Source: Octopus sinensis
Lineage: Eukaryota
DNA length: 57,336 nucleotides
Direction: 5' to 3'
Assembly: GCF_006345805.1 (NCBI RefSeq)
Contig: NW_021833615.1
Span: 1 to 57,336, forward strand
Below, piece by piece: positions 36,608 through 48,978 of this stretch. A program made the translations under genes and the position numbers. Each line of letters opens with the position of its first letter. Position 1 is the first letter of the stretch. Under the pieces are notes generated by a model. That model searched no databases, was not told the DNA's origin, and was given only the letters and a program-made list of their open reading frames with translations.

Positions 36608-36739
36608 ACATTTATTATAACAAGTCTATATAACAAAGGGGGAAAATAAGGGGGAGGCATTTGGTGTATGCAATGAAAAAAATGTAGTGTTGCATAGATT
36701 TTAGGTCCTCTTTCTCTATGTGTATTTGTGAGCTCCTAC

Positions 36740-36900
36740 ACGCATTTTTTTCTCTCCTTGTTTTTTTTCTGTGTATCTTTCTGTCGAAGAGCATAGGCTC
36801 GAAACGTAAAAAACTTCTATTTCTATTCCTGAGCGCTATACTAATACATTTATTTGTTTGTACTCCACCTGCCTTCGTCTTTTGTTTATTTTCGTAAACT
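36740..36900 (+). mobile_element. Penelope-like terminal-repeat remnant with a variant hammerhead motif
   Basis: TCTTT-CTGTCGA-A-GAGC ATAG GCTC-GAAA-CGTA-AAA at 36776-36812. Confidence 0.5.
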
Positions 36901-36993
36901 TTCCTGGTGTATTTGTGAAACCTGGATAGATAGACAGATAGAGAGGAAAACAGATATGTTGTGTCTATATGTGTATATGTAGAATATATATTC

Positions 36994-37796
36994 TTTTATT
37001 CTTTTACTTGTTTCAGTCATTTGATTGTGGCCATGCTGGAGCACCGCCTTTAGTTGATCAAATCATCGACTCCAGGACTTATTCTTTGTAAGCCCAGTAC
37101 TTATTCTATCAGTCACTATTACCGAACCGCTAAGTTACGGGGACGCAAACACACCAGCATCGGACAAACACAGACACACAAACATACACATATATACATA
37201 TATATATACATATATACGACAGGCTTCATATATACAACATATATATATACTACATATATACGACAGGTCTACCAAATCCACACACAAGGCATTGGTCGGC
37301 CCGGGGCTATAGCAGAAGACACTTGCCCAAGATGCCACGCAGTGGGACTGAACCCGGAACCATGTGGTTGGTTAGCAAGCTACTTAACACACAGCCACTC
37401 CTGCACCTACCATATATATATATATATATACATATATACGACAGGCTTCTTTCAGTTTCCGTCTACCAAATCCACTCACAAGGCATTGGTCGGCCCGGGG
37501 CTATAGCAGAAGACACTTGCCCAAGATGCCACGCAGTGGGACTGAACCCGGAACCATGTGGTTGGTTAGCAAGCTACTTAACACACAGCCACTCCTGCAC
37601 CTACCATATATATATATATATATACATATATATGACAGGCTTCTTTCAGTTTCCGTCTACCAAATCCACTCACAAGGCATTGGTCGGCCCGGGGCTATAG
37701 CAGAAGACACTTGCCCAAGATGCCACGCAGTGGGACTGAACCCGGAACCATGTGGTTGGTTAGCAAGCTACTTACCACACAGCCACTCCTGCGCCT
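36994..37796 (-). mobile_element. SINE-A with its 194-bp head region triplicated
   Basis: Matching positions at 37323, 37517 and 37711. Confidence 0.9.
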
Positions 37797-38377
37797 ACAT
37801 AAAATAAATTTTAATATCATCAAACACTTTGCAATTAAAAAAAAAAGAAGAAAAAAAACGAAGGAAAAAATCTTTTCAAATACAAATAAAATGGAAGCAT
37901 ACAAAAATAAACATTATTTTCCATCTTTCTGTTGGTTTTTTTTGCGTTTTGAAAAATAAAAATTTATTTTATGGTTTATCATTGTTTACGTTTTGAACCA
38001 TTTATGTATACTTGAAGGCACAAAAACCTTTTAAGTGCGTAGGGCCTCTATGGACCTTAATCCAGCCCTGGGTACACCTATTAAATGGCAACCTCTAGTA
38101 CAGTGATTTCCTTGTTTAGCATGAGGCTTAGCTTGTGTTTTAGGCATAAGGTGCTGGAATTTCCTGTCTGAGATTAACTCTTTAGCATTCAGACTATCCT
38201 GTCAAATGTATTGCTTATTTATTCACACTAATTTGAATTAGTCATGCTATATCTTGTAGCCTTGAGGTTTCAATAATGGGAAGGTTTAATTTTTGGGATA
38301 ACATTGTAGGGTAGGTGTGAGAAGCCAGATCTGGCTAGTTTTAACATAAAACAAACAGAACATTTAGGCCGGATATA

Positions 38378-38648
38378 CTCTTTTACTCTTTTACTTGTTT
38401 CAGTCATTTGACTGCGGCCATGCTGGAGCACCACCTTTAATCGAGCAACTCGACCCCGGGACTTATTCTTTTGTAAGCCTAGTACTTATTCTATCGGTCT
38501 CTTTTGCCGAACCGCTAGGTGACGGGGACATAAAGACACCAGCAATAGTAGGGGGACAAACACATTTATGTATACATTTTGCTTTTTGAGCCAAAAAATT
38601 AACTAACTAACTAAATATGTCAGAATAACACAGACACACAAACACACA

Positions 38649-38688
<40 letters not shown>

Positions 38689-38848
38689 TACGATGGGCTT
38701 CTTTCAGTTTCCGTCTACGAAATCCACTCACAAGGCTTTGGTCGGCCCGAGGCTATAGTAGAAGACGCTTGCCCAAGGTTCCACGCAGTGGGACTGAACC
38801 CGGAACCATGTGGTTGGTAGACAAGCTACTTACCACACAGCCACTCCT
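38378..38848 (-). mobile_element. SINE-A
   Basis: Reverse-complement tail and head. Confidence 0.85.
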
Positions 38849-38883
38849 ATATATATATATACACATGTGTGTGTGTATATATA

Positions 38884-38936
<53 letters not shown>

Positions 38937-39009
38937 CATGTGTGTGTGTATATTATACTATATATCTATATATATATATATACACACACACACATATATA
39001 TGCATACAT

Positions 39010-39158
39010 ATGGGTGCACAACAGCTGAACAAAATAACCCTGGCACTCCCTTTGTAATTAATCGACCCCACCCACCCCTGTCTCCCCAATCTCCTGCTTC
39101 TCCCCAATTTTACCACAAAATCACCAAGTAAATTGTCAATTGTAAAACATAGCCCCAC

Positions 39159-39204
<46 letters not shown>

Positions 39205-39295
39205 CTTAAACACACAGCTATCTGAAGCCACTTCCCAAGAATTAATGACTCACTTTTAGTTATATACACTCTCTCATAACTTAAATTATCATGTA
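39010..39295 (+). repeat. Unclassified dispersed repeat; diverged paralogue at about 41822-42235
   Basis: Shared GTGCACAA...GAACAAAATA...GGCACTCCC...TAATTAATCGACC, central (CT)n, and ATCTGAAGCCA...TTATATACAC. Confidence 0.65.
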
Positions 39296-40146
39296 CACAC
39301 CAAGTGCAGGCATGACTACAGAGGAGGGCATTGTTGGCTTGGAAATTCTCATTGCAGCCATGTGGTCCAGAGCCGTGTTTGGTGCAAGTAAGTGATAGCC
39401 CCTTGGTTGCACCAAACTCGGCTCTGGACCACATGTAAGTGATAGCCCCTTGGTTAAGTGCCTTTCCAAATGTGCACCTCGAGGGGACTGAATATACCCC
39501 ACCAAATCACCTTCGTCTCTCTTGAGAAATGTAGACCACGCTGGAGATAATGAAAGCCAAGATACACAGGACCTCAAAAAGCAAAAAGGTCACCCTTTCT
39601 CCTGCCCCATCTCCCTCTACAACATCATTATTTAACATCAGTTTCCGATGCTGGCATAGGTTAACAGGAGCTGGCAAGGCCATACCAGGTTCCATAGCCT
39701 GCTTTGGCTGGGTTCCTACAGCTGAAGGCCCTTCATCATGCCAACCACTTTTGCAGAGGGTATTGGCTCTACAATGCATGGGTGTTATTTACATCGCACC
39801 AACATCGACTTCAACGATTCACAGGTGCCATTCACATCTGTATGAAACCAGGCTTCAGTGACGAAAGGTTGCACAACATCTTTGATCATCTCGGTCACCA
39901 TAGCGACAAACTCTGCAAGATGACCGGTACTATTTTGTCTGTAAGTTTTATGCTAGAGTATTCTTCTCCAAGAAGAGCTGCCTTCCCGCCCATGGTTTTG
40001 TCAGAAATAATGGAAGCATCCTCTACCCCTGGGAAATCTCCAACTCACAGATGGGACCCTGACAGGTACTGTCATTCCGGGTCAGAACAGAAATGGAGGT
40101 AATGGCAATTGACAAGTAACTCAATGTTATATATATATATATATAC

Positions 40147-40185
<39 letters not shown>

Positions 40186-40441
40186 GAATTTTCCTCCGTC
40201 TGGCTGTTTTTTCTCTCTACAAAACGAAAAGTTGCATTATGGAACTGTCATTTAACGAGATTTTTTATTTATTTATTTATCACCCGACGAAATACGTCTG
40301 CACCACCAGATACTCCTGTGCCAGTTTTTGTGTGTCCCACAAGAGGAATCAATGCTAGATATGTCAAAACAATTGTCGTGATTAATAATATATTCTCGTA
40401 TATTCCCTCTTCTGTCTTTCATTTGTTATATATATATTTCA

Positions 40442-40621
40442 GGACATCATGCTCGGAATGGTCAGTGGCAAGAGAGGAAGAGGCCGACCAAGAACCCGCT
40501 GGCTTGACACCATCAAGAGTGATACCGGAATGGACATAGCCAGTCTGAAAGAAGCGGCCCAGGATAGAGCTGACTGGAGGACACTGATCCAACGAGTAAC
40601 CGAGAGTCGACTTTGACTGAG

Positions 40622-40625
<4 letters not shown>
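40442..40625 (+). mobile_element. RTE-clade LINE 3' end (BovB/RTE-1-like C-terminus)
   Basis: DIMLGMVSGKRGRGRPRTRWLDTIKSDTGMDIASLKEAAQDRADWRTLIQRVTESRL*LSG; the internal TGA probably arose from CGA. Confidence 0.85.
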
Positions 40626-40659
<34 letters not shown>

Positions 40660-40663
40660 TATA

Positions 40664-40890
40664 TATTTCTTTACTACCCACAAGGGGCTAAACACAGAGG
40701 GGACAAACAAGGCCAGACAAAGGGATTAAGTCGATTACATCGACCCCAGTACGTAACTGGTACTTAAATTATTGACCCTGAAAGGATGAAAGGCAAAGTC
40801 GACCTTGGCGGAATTTGAACTCAGAACGTAACGGCAGACGAAATACGGCTACGCATTTCGCCCGGCGTGCTAACGGTTCTGCCAGCTCGC
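40664..40890 (-). mobile_element. SINE-C monomer
   Basis: Complete head, body and tail. Confidence 0.9.
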
Positions 40891-40905
40891 TTATATATAT
40901 ATATA

Positions 40906-41453
40906 TATCATCATCATCATCATCATCATCATCATTTAGCGTCCGCTTTCCATGCTAGCATGGGTTGGACTGGGGTCTGTGAAGCCAGAAGGCTGCATCA
41001 GGCCCAGTCACTCCGTGAGTGTAGTGGGTGCTTTTTACGTGCCACCCACATAGGTGCCAGACGGAGCTGGCAAACAGTCACAGACGGATGGTGCTTTTTA
41101 CGTGGCACGGGGGCCAGGCGAGGCTGCCAACGGCCACAATCGGATGGTGCTTTTTACGTGCCACCAGCACGGGGGCCAGGCGAGGCTGGCAACGGCCACG
41201 AACGGATGGTGCTTTTTACGTGGCACGGGGGCCAGGCGAGGCTGCCAACGGCCACAATCGGATGGTGCTTTTTACGTGCCACCAGCACGGGGGCCAGGCG
41301 AGGCTGGCAACGGCCACGAACGGATGGTGCTTTTTACGTGGCACGGGGGCCAGGCGAGGCTGCCAACGGCCACAATCGGATGGTGCTTTTTACGTGCCAC
41401 CAGCACGGGGGCCAGGCGAGGCTGGCAACGGCCACGAACGGATGGTGCTTTTT
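40906..41453 (-). mobile_element. SINE-B with expanded internal 56/62-bp minisatellite
   Basis: Alternating units repeated three times, about 41086-41452. Confidence 0.88.
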
Positions 41454-41715
41454 ATACACATACACACACACACACACACATGTATATACATGACAGGCTC
41501 TAGCCAACAACATGAAATCCTACAGCTGTAAAAGACACTTGGTGCTGAACAGAGTATATAATACAACAGGAGTAAACACACAACCATGCGACTGCCATAC
41601 AAGTTTTACAAACTTCTCGCACACATCACTACTGATCTCAGCACAGACATACCAAGTCCCATTACCATGACTTAGAAGTACACACGGATTTAAAGGCTCA
41701 CCAAGACACAGACAG

Positions 41716-41779
<64 letters not shown>

Positions 41780-42478
41780 TTGTGTAATATATGTATACAT
41801 ACACACACACACACTTGTATGTGAGTGCACAATTGTTGAACAAAATATCTTTGGCACTCCCATCATAATTAATCGACCACCCCACCCCACCCTGTCTCCT
41901 CGCTCTCCTACCTCTGCCTAATTTTTGTCATGAAAACTTTGCAATCACCGACTAAAGTGTCCATTATAAAAAAAAAAATGCTGGCTTAACGCACTCTGTC
42001 TCTCCCTTCTCCCTCCCTCTCTCCCCCTCCCTCCCCCTCCCTCCCTCTCCCCCCTCTCTCTCTGGCTGTCTCTTCTCCCATCTCTCTCCCCACTCCCTAT
42101 CTGTCTCTTTCTCCCCCCCTTCTCTCTCTCCCCTACCTCTCCCTACCCCTCTGTTCCTAAATACATTGACATCTGAAGCCATTTCTCGTGCATTTATGAA
42201 TAACTTTCCATTATATACACCCTTGCATAACCGTAAAAAAAATATATATATATATATATATATATCACACTACAGGTGCATGGTGTAGGTACGACCTCCT
42301 ATGTGATTGAGACGTTCATTTCCCAACCACCTGGTTCCAGGTTCAATCCCACTGCATGCCACCTTGAGTGAGTGTCTTCTTGCAGAATCTTATGAAGCCC
42401 AATGCCAAGTGAGTGGTGTTTGGTAGGGAATCTGTTCTGAAGCATAGCATGTGTGTGTGTTGTGTGTGTGAGTGGTGT

Positions 42479-42515
<37 letters not shown>

Positions 42516-42546
42516 TTAAGGTAAAGTTATCTTTCTCAACTCATAC

Positions 42547-42780
42547 CTATTTCTTTACTACCCACAAGGAGCTAAACACAGAGGGGACAAACAAGGACAG
42601 ACAAACAGATTAAGTCGATTACATCAACCCCAGTGTGTAACTGGTACTTAATTTATCGACCCCGAAAGGATGAAAAGCAAAGTCGACCTCGGCGGAACTT
42701 GAACTCAGAACATAACGGCAGACGAAATACGGCGACGCATTTCGCCCGGCGTGCTAACGATTCTGCCAGCTCACCGCCCT
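42547..42780 (-). mobile_element. SINE-C monomer
   Basis: Complete head, body and tail. Confidence 0.9.
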
Positions 42781-42978
42781 TCTCAACTCATACCGACTCA
42801 TAGGGTCCACTTTCCAGATTTCCTGATGCATGTATTCCCCCATCTGGACAGAACACTGATCTGTTGCAAGATTACTCATTTTTGCCAGCAGTGTGGACTG
42901 AAGCAACATGAAATGAAGTGTTTTGCTTAAGAACACAATGCGTCACCCCCTCCAGGAATCGAAACCACAATCTTACAC

Positions 42979-43515
42979 TCTTCTTCTTCTTCTTCTTACA
43001 GCATTCACCCGGGGTGGGTTGAGCTGGCTTCATACATCCTCAATGCTGCATCTCTCACAAACGCCGACCAGGCCTGGCAACTTGAGGCTAACGACCGCGT
43101 GATCTCCAACCACTCCTTATTCCAGCGGCGAACGCCGTAGATATGGGGGCCTAGGTTGGGTTCCAGATCAGCCTTGACTGTCATCAGCCAGGTTTTTCAT
43201 TGTCCACCACATGCTTTCGCCAACCCTGAAGGGGAGCTGGTGCAATTACTTCGTGGGTTGGGTTCCAGATCAGCCTTGACTGTCATCAGCCAGGTTTTTC
43301 GTTGTCCACCACATCGCTTTTGCCAACCCTGAAGGGGAGCTGGTGCAATTGCTTCATGGGTTGGGTTCCAGATCAGCCTTGACTGTCATCAGCCAGGTTT
43401 TTCGATGTCCACCACATTGCTTTCGCCAACCCTGAAGGGGAGCTGGGGCAATTGCTTTGTTGATGAATTCTCCTGGTTGACGACACGCCTCCAATGTGTG
43501 TGTGCCAGCTAAAGG
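42979..43515 (-). mobile_element. RTE-clade LINE 3' end with (AAG)n tail and internal ~103-bp triplication
   Basis: GWRKRCGGQRKTWLMTVKADLEPNLGPHIYGVRRWNKEW...AWSAFVRDA...STHPG*. Confidence 0.75.
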
Positions 43516-43609
43516 CGCAGATATTATTTTGTGGTAAAAGTTACGTTTGCAGTACTATTTGGTTATCTCACCCCCATTAAAATAATAATGGTTTAACTTA
43601 TTGCCCCAT

Positions 43610-44110
43610 GTGCATACGTAAGACAGTAGGGTGTGATTTAAATGAGATTTGGTTGTTATTTCTACCAGGTCTAATTTCAATGTAAAAGCCTTCCTTGTTG
43701 GCTCATGCATGCATAAGATAGTAGGGTCAGGTCTAGCTTCAATGAAAAGAGCTTCCTTGTTAGCTCATGCATGCATAAGATAGTAGGATGTGATTTAAAT
43801 GAGCTTTGGTTATTATTTCTATCAGGTCTAGTTTCACTATAAAAGTCTTCCTTGTTGGCTCATACACACATAATACAGTACGGTATGATTTGAATGAGAT
43901 TTGGCTGCTATTTCTAGTAGGTCACATTTCAATGAAAAGGTCTTACTTGTTGGCTCTTGCATACATAAGACAGTAGGGTGTGATATGAATAAGATTTGGC
44001 TGTTATTACTATCAGGTCTAGTTTCAATGTAAGGATCTTCATTGGCTATGAAACTTGGCTCCTATTTCTAACAGGTCTAATTTCTGTGTAAAGGTCTCCT
44101 TCATTGCCTC
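43610..44110 (+). repeat. Degenerate ~95-bp tandem array, five to six copies
   Basis: AGACAGTAGGGTGTGATTT...GATTTGGCTGCTATTTCTA...AGGTC...CTTGTTGGCTC units. Confidence 0.8.
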
Positions 44111-44171
44111 AAGCATACATACGTACATATACATATATATATATATATATGATATATATATATATATATAT

Positions 44172-44480
44172 ATCGCCGTGATCACCGTGACCGAACAGGC
44201 TATCAGATGTTGCTACACATCGCTGGTCACAATGCGCTTCGCATTGTTTTAGCCTTCAAATGACGCCACCCCGCTGGCTAAGCGAGCAGACCCACAGAAG
44301 AAAGAGCGAGAGGAAAGGTTGTGGCGAAGGAGTACAGCAGGGATGCCACAACCCCGCCTTCTGCCCCTGAGGATGAACCCTCGTGGAGCATTAGGGTGTG
44401 TTTCGCTCAGTAACACTCACAATGCCCGGTCTGGGATTCGAAACCGCGATCCTACGACGACGAGCCCTGCCCACTGGGCC
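44172..44480 (-). mobile_element. SINE-D
   Basis: Minus-strand tRNA-like head with GGATCGCGGTTTCGAATCCC, related to the head at 53636. Confidence 0.7.
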
Positions 44481-44544
44481 TCCACACACACACACACATA
44501 TATATATTATATATATATATATATATAATATATATATATATAAA

Positions 44545-44880
44545 TGTGTGTGTGTCGCTTTGTAGGCACGTGCAATTAAACATTAGAGCGAGGTCGTTGC
44601 CAGTGCCACTGAACTGACTCCTGTGCAGGTGGCACGTAAAAAACACCATTTGAGCACAGCGGTTGCCAGTACCGCCAGACTGGCCCTCGTGCCGGTGGCA
44701 CCTACAAGCACCCACTACACTCTCGGAATGGTTGGCATTAGGAAGGGCATCCAGCTGTAGAAACTCTGCCAGATCAGATTGGAGCTTGGTGCAGCCATCT
44801 TGTTCACCAGTCCTCAGTCAAATCGTCCAACCCATGCTAGCATGGAAAGTGGACGTTTAAACGATGATGATGATGATTGA
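44545..44880 (+). mobile_element. SINE-B 3' part
   Basis: Family terminus with (GAT)n tail. Confidence 0.85.
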
Positions 44881-44883
44881 TAT

Positions 44884-44923
<40 letters not shown>

Positions 44924-44927
<4 letters not shown>

Positions 44928-45181
44928 ATCCAAACATGAAAACACAAAGAGAAAAACACAACAATGCCGAGGACGTCGAACAAATATATATATATTGGAT
45001 TGCTGCAGGAAGGAGGGAAGAAGGAGGGTTTAACGTTCGAGCGGAGCTCTTCGTCAGAACATAGGAAAAGGAAAGTTCGAGAGAAGGGAAGACGGAGGGA
45101 AAAAAATCGCAAAATATATATATATACAAGACAGGAGGGGGTGATGTGAAGGTGAGGTGGTTGATATTACTAACAGATCCA
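44924..45181 (-). mobile_element. Penelope-like remnant with a hammerhead-like motif
   Basis: Minus strand CTGACGA-A-GAGC TCC GCTC-GAA-CGTT; flanked by (TA)n. Confidence 0.5.
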
Positions 45182-45679
45182 ACTACCATATAGAGGTCTC
45201 CCTCTTTGGCTCATACATACATGTAAAAGTCAGATGTGATCCGAGGGAGATTTGGCTGCTATGTCTAGCAAATAAAAATCCCCGCATCGAGGCTTGCCCA
45301 TTGGATCTTGCATGTGTACATATGTATAAGTTGCGTGAGCGCATGCTTGTATATGTGTATGCATGTGTGTGCGTGCACACAAGGATAATTGTAAAACATA
45401 CAAAAGTCCATTGCTTAATGCTTTTTATATTTTGTTTATCTTTATATATTTTTTTTCCAGAATTTAAACAAAACTAAAAAAATTTTTGTTTTACTTTTTC
45501 TTTTTATAATCTCTTTTTCTTTTTTTGTTGATAATTTTAAAGAAATCGCTATTCTTTACTTAATGTAGCACACAGAAATTGCACATATTGATTTTTTTAT
45601 TTTGTTAATTTATAGAACAAATTCCACCAAATATCTCTTCGTTAGAAATCTATAGAAATAAAAAAAATAACAATAATAA

Positions 45680-45725
<46 letters not shown>

Positions 45726-46031
45726 TTAAATAATATCTATTAGAAGAGGAAGAATGCAAAACCACTGATTTCTCTCGTTGAAAGGATGGGAGGATGAGAG
45801 GGGTGGGGAAGAGGAAAAAAGAAAAAAGAAAAAAAAGGAAGCAAAAGTATGGGAAAAGAAGGAAAGAAAAAAGTCATTGAAATCCAACTAATTTACTATA
45901 AATCAACTGTAAAAGAAATAATTTTAATAATTAAACAAAAAAAAATTTTTTTTTAAATTCGAGAATGAAAGGAAAAAAAACAAAGAAAAAGATATGCACA
46001 TGTGAGAGAGAGAGAGAGAGAGAGGGAGGAG

Positions 46032-46065
<34 letters not shown>

Positions 46066-46324
46066 ATGTGTGTAAGTAAACAGAAGCGATTTATAATAAA
46101 TGTTAAGATTTTTAGAAATCATCACAAAAGAATGCCACATTCCTTTTCTTTTTTTTTTTTTTTTTTTACTATTTTCCTATCTGTTGTGATTTTAATTGTA
46201 AGCCTTAAACTTGAATTATTTCTACGATTACAAGAATATATTTTGAGTAATTAGAATTAAAATAAAGTACATTAAATTATAATTAAATTTCTTTAAAAAA
46301 AAAAAAAAAAAAAAATTAAAATAT

Positions 46325-46780
46325 TTTGGATTTGGTAGACGGAAACTGAAAGAAGCCTGTCGTATATATGTATATATATATGTATGTGTGTGTATATGTT
46401 TGTGTGTCTGTGTTTGTCCCCCCCCCCCTCAACGTCGCTTGACAACCGATGCTGGTGTGTTTACGACCCCGTCACTTAGCGGTTCGGCAAAAGAGACCAA
46501 TAGAATAAGTACTGGGCTTACAAAGAATAAGTCCCGGGGTCAATTTGCTCAACTAAAGGCATGTGTTTGTGTGTCTGTGTTTGTCCCCCTAGCATTGCTT
46601 GACAACCGATGCTGGTGTGTTTATGACCCCGTCACTTAGCGGTTCGGCAAAAGAGACCAATAGAATAAGTACTGGGCTTACAAAAGAATAAGTCCCGGCG
46701 TCGAGTTGCTCGACTAAAGGCGGTGCTCTAGCATGGCCGCAATCAAATGACTGAAACGAGTAAAAGAGTAAAAAGAGTAT
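46325..46780 (+). mobile_element. SINE-A 3' half, tandemly duplicated
   Basis: The body restarts near 46563 after ACTAAAGGC. Confidence 0.85.
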
Positions 46781-47052
46781 TGATGTTACATGGGTTTAGA
46801 AGCTTGGAGAGAATACAAAATAATTCATTTTTTTGTACAGTGAACTCGAAGCAGATAAAGCTATCAATAAAAGTGTGTAAATATTGCATTAAGAAAAGAA
46901 AAAAAACCTTTGGATAAAAAAAAAAAAATTGAAAGCTGTCCATAAGATATGAACCCACATCTTCCATAAACATGACAGAAGTTCTACCATCAGACCAAAA
47001 CAATCCTTTGAATTTCTCTATCAACAGGCAGTCTATGACTTTTTCTACATAA

Positions 47053-47492
47053 AGGCACAGGAGTGGCCGTGTGGTAAGTAGCTTGCGTACCAACCACATG
47101 GTTCCGGGTTCAGTTCCACTGCGTGGCATCTTGGACAAGTGTCTTCTGCTATAGCCCCGGGCCGACCAATGCCTGTGAGTGGATTTGGTAAACGGAAACT
47201 GAAAGAAGCCTGTCGTATATATGTATATATATATGTATGTGTTGTGTGTATATGTTTGTGTGTATATGTTTGTGTGTCTGTGTTTGTCTCCCCTAGCATT
47301 GCTTGACAACTGATGCTGGTGTGTTTACGTCCCCGCCATTTAGCGGTTCGGCAAAAGTGACCGATAGAATAAGTACTAGGCTTACAAAGAATAAGTCCCG
47401 GGGTCAATTTGCTCGACTAAAGGCGGTGCTCCAGCATGGCCACAGTCAAATGACTGAAACAAGTAAAAGAGTGAAAGAGTAAAGAGAGTAAG
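47053..47492 (+). mobile_element. SINE-A, full length
   Basis: Family head and tail. Confidence 0.9.
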
Positions 47493-48142
47493 AGAAATTT
47501 TTTTAAACCCAATACTTATTTATAAGGTTCCTCAGCTTCAAATTTCACTATTCCAAAGATAGATTAAAGTATTATTAAAGCATGTTTTTCATCCCCCTCA
47601 TCTTCAGCTTGTCTCTCTCTGAGACAGATGGAGCAGCACTCTTGAATCATGCGAAGACCAAACTCGGGCGTCTGGCATCGTCTAACTAGAATTAAACATC
47701 TGCGCTTTTGCATCTTATGGATACGATACGGTTCACTGGTTATGTAATGGTTCAGCTCCTGTTGAAAACCATCTGTACAGAGAGCTTGTAATGCTGAGAC
47801 CGATAACAGACAAACATGCAAAGAGCCTTTCGATTCTGCAGAGATTCTTGGATAGTGAACGAGTGAGGTTGCCCTTCGTCAGGCATGGGGGTTTTTTTTT
47901 CGCATCTTATCTCTGACAGTACTGCAGTTCTGAGAGGCAAGCAAGGACCATGAATGAAGTAGGGTGGAGAGAGGGCCTCATATCTGCAATGCTACCATGT
48001 ACCCGTACCCTTCTACTAGTCAAGCAACATGGCCAGGGGAATTTCCATGTTATGTTTTCTGTTGAGGGCAAATGGTTGAGGACATTCTCAGGGAAACTCT
48101 GGAACACTGATAAAAAAATATAAAAGAGGCAAACACAAACAA

Positions 48143-48723
48143 ACAGGCGCAGGAGTGGCTGTGTGGTAAGTAGCTTGTTTACCAACCACATGGTTCCGGG
48201 TTCAGTCCCACTGCGTGGTACCTTGGGCAAGTGTCTTCTGCTATAGCCTCGGGCCGACCAAAGCCTTGTGAGTGGATTTGGTAGACGGAAACTGAAAGAA
48301 GCCCGTCATATATATGTATGTATGTGTATATATATATATATATATGTAGGCATAGGAGTGGCTGTGTGGTAAGTAGCTTGTTTACCAACCACATGGTTCC
48401 GGGTTCAGTCCCACTGCGTGGTACCTTGGGCAAGTGTCTTCTGCTATAGCCTCGGGCCGACCAAAGCCTTGTGAGTGGATTTGGTAGACGGAAACTGAAA
48501 GAAGCCCGTCATATATATGTATGTATGTGTATATATATATATATATATATGTAGGCGTAGGAGTGGCTGTGTGGTAAGTAGCTTGTTTACCAACCACATG
48601 GTTCGGGTTCAGTCCCACTGCGTGGTACCTTGGGCAAGTGTCTTCTGCTATAGCCTCGGGCCGACCAAAGCCTTGTGAGTGGATTTGGTAGACGGAAACT
48701 GAAAGAAGCCTGTCATATATATG

Positions 48724-48756
<33 letters not shown>

Positions 48757-48978
48757 GTATGTGTGTTTGTTTGTGTGTCTGTGTTTGTCCCCCTAGCATT
48801 GCTTGACAACCGATGCTGGTGTGTTTACGTCCCCGTCACTTAGCGGTTCGGCAAAAAGAGACCGATAGAATAAGTACTGGGCTTACAAAAAAAGAATAAG
48901 TCCCGGGGTCGAGTTGCTCGACTAAAGGCGGTGCTCCAGCATGGCCGCAGTCAAATGACTGAAACAAGTAAAAGAGTG
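48143..48978 (+). mobile_element. SINE-A with its ~203-bp head region triplicated
   Basis: Three heads joined through TA runs, then one tail. Confidence 0.9.

Noticed and set aside
37323-37959. Recurring ORFs such as [12 protein letters not shown]... and ...[16 protein letters not shown]
   Set aside because: SINE-A head read in different frames; recurs wherever the SINE does
39550-40102. Host exon in non-repetitive sequence
   Set aside because: No consistent frame or splice pair; faint resemblance to a decayed RTE C-terminal region, too weak to call
43155-43460. CTGATGA-CAG...CTG-GAAC hammerhead-like tandem
   Set aside because: LINE coding sequence (WLMTVKADLEP); GAAA and NUH are missing
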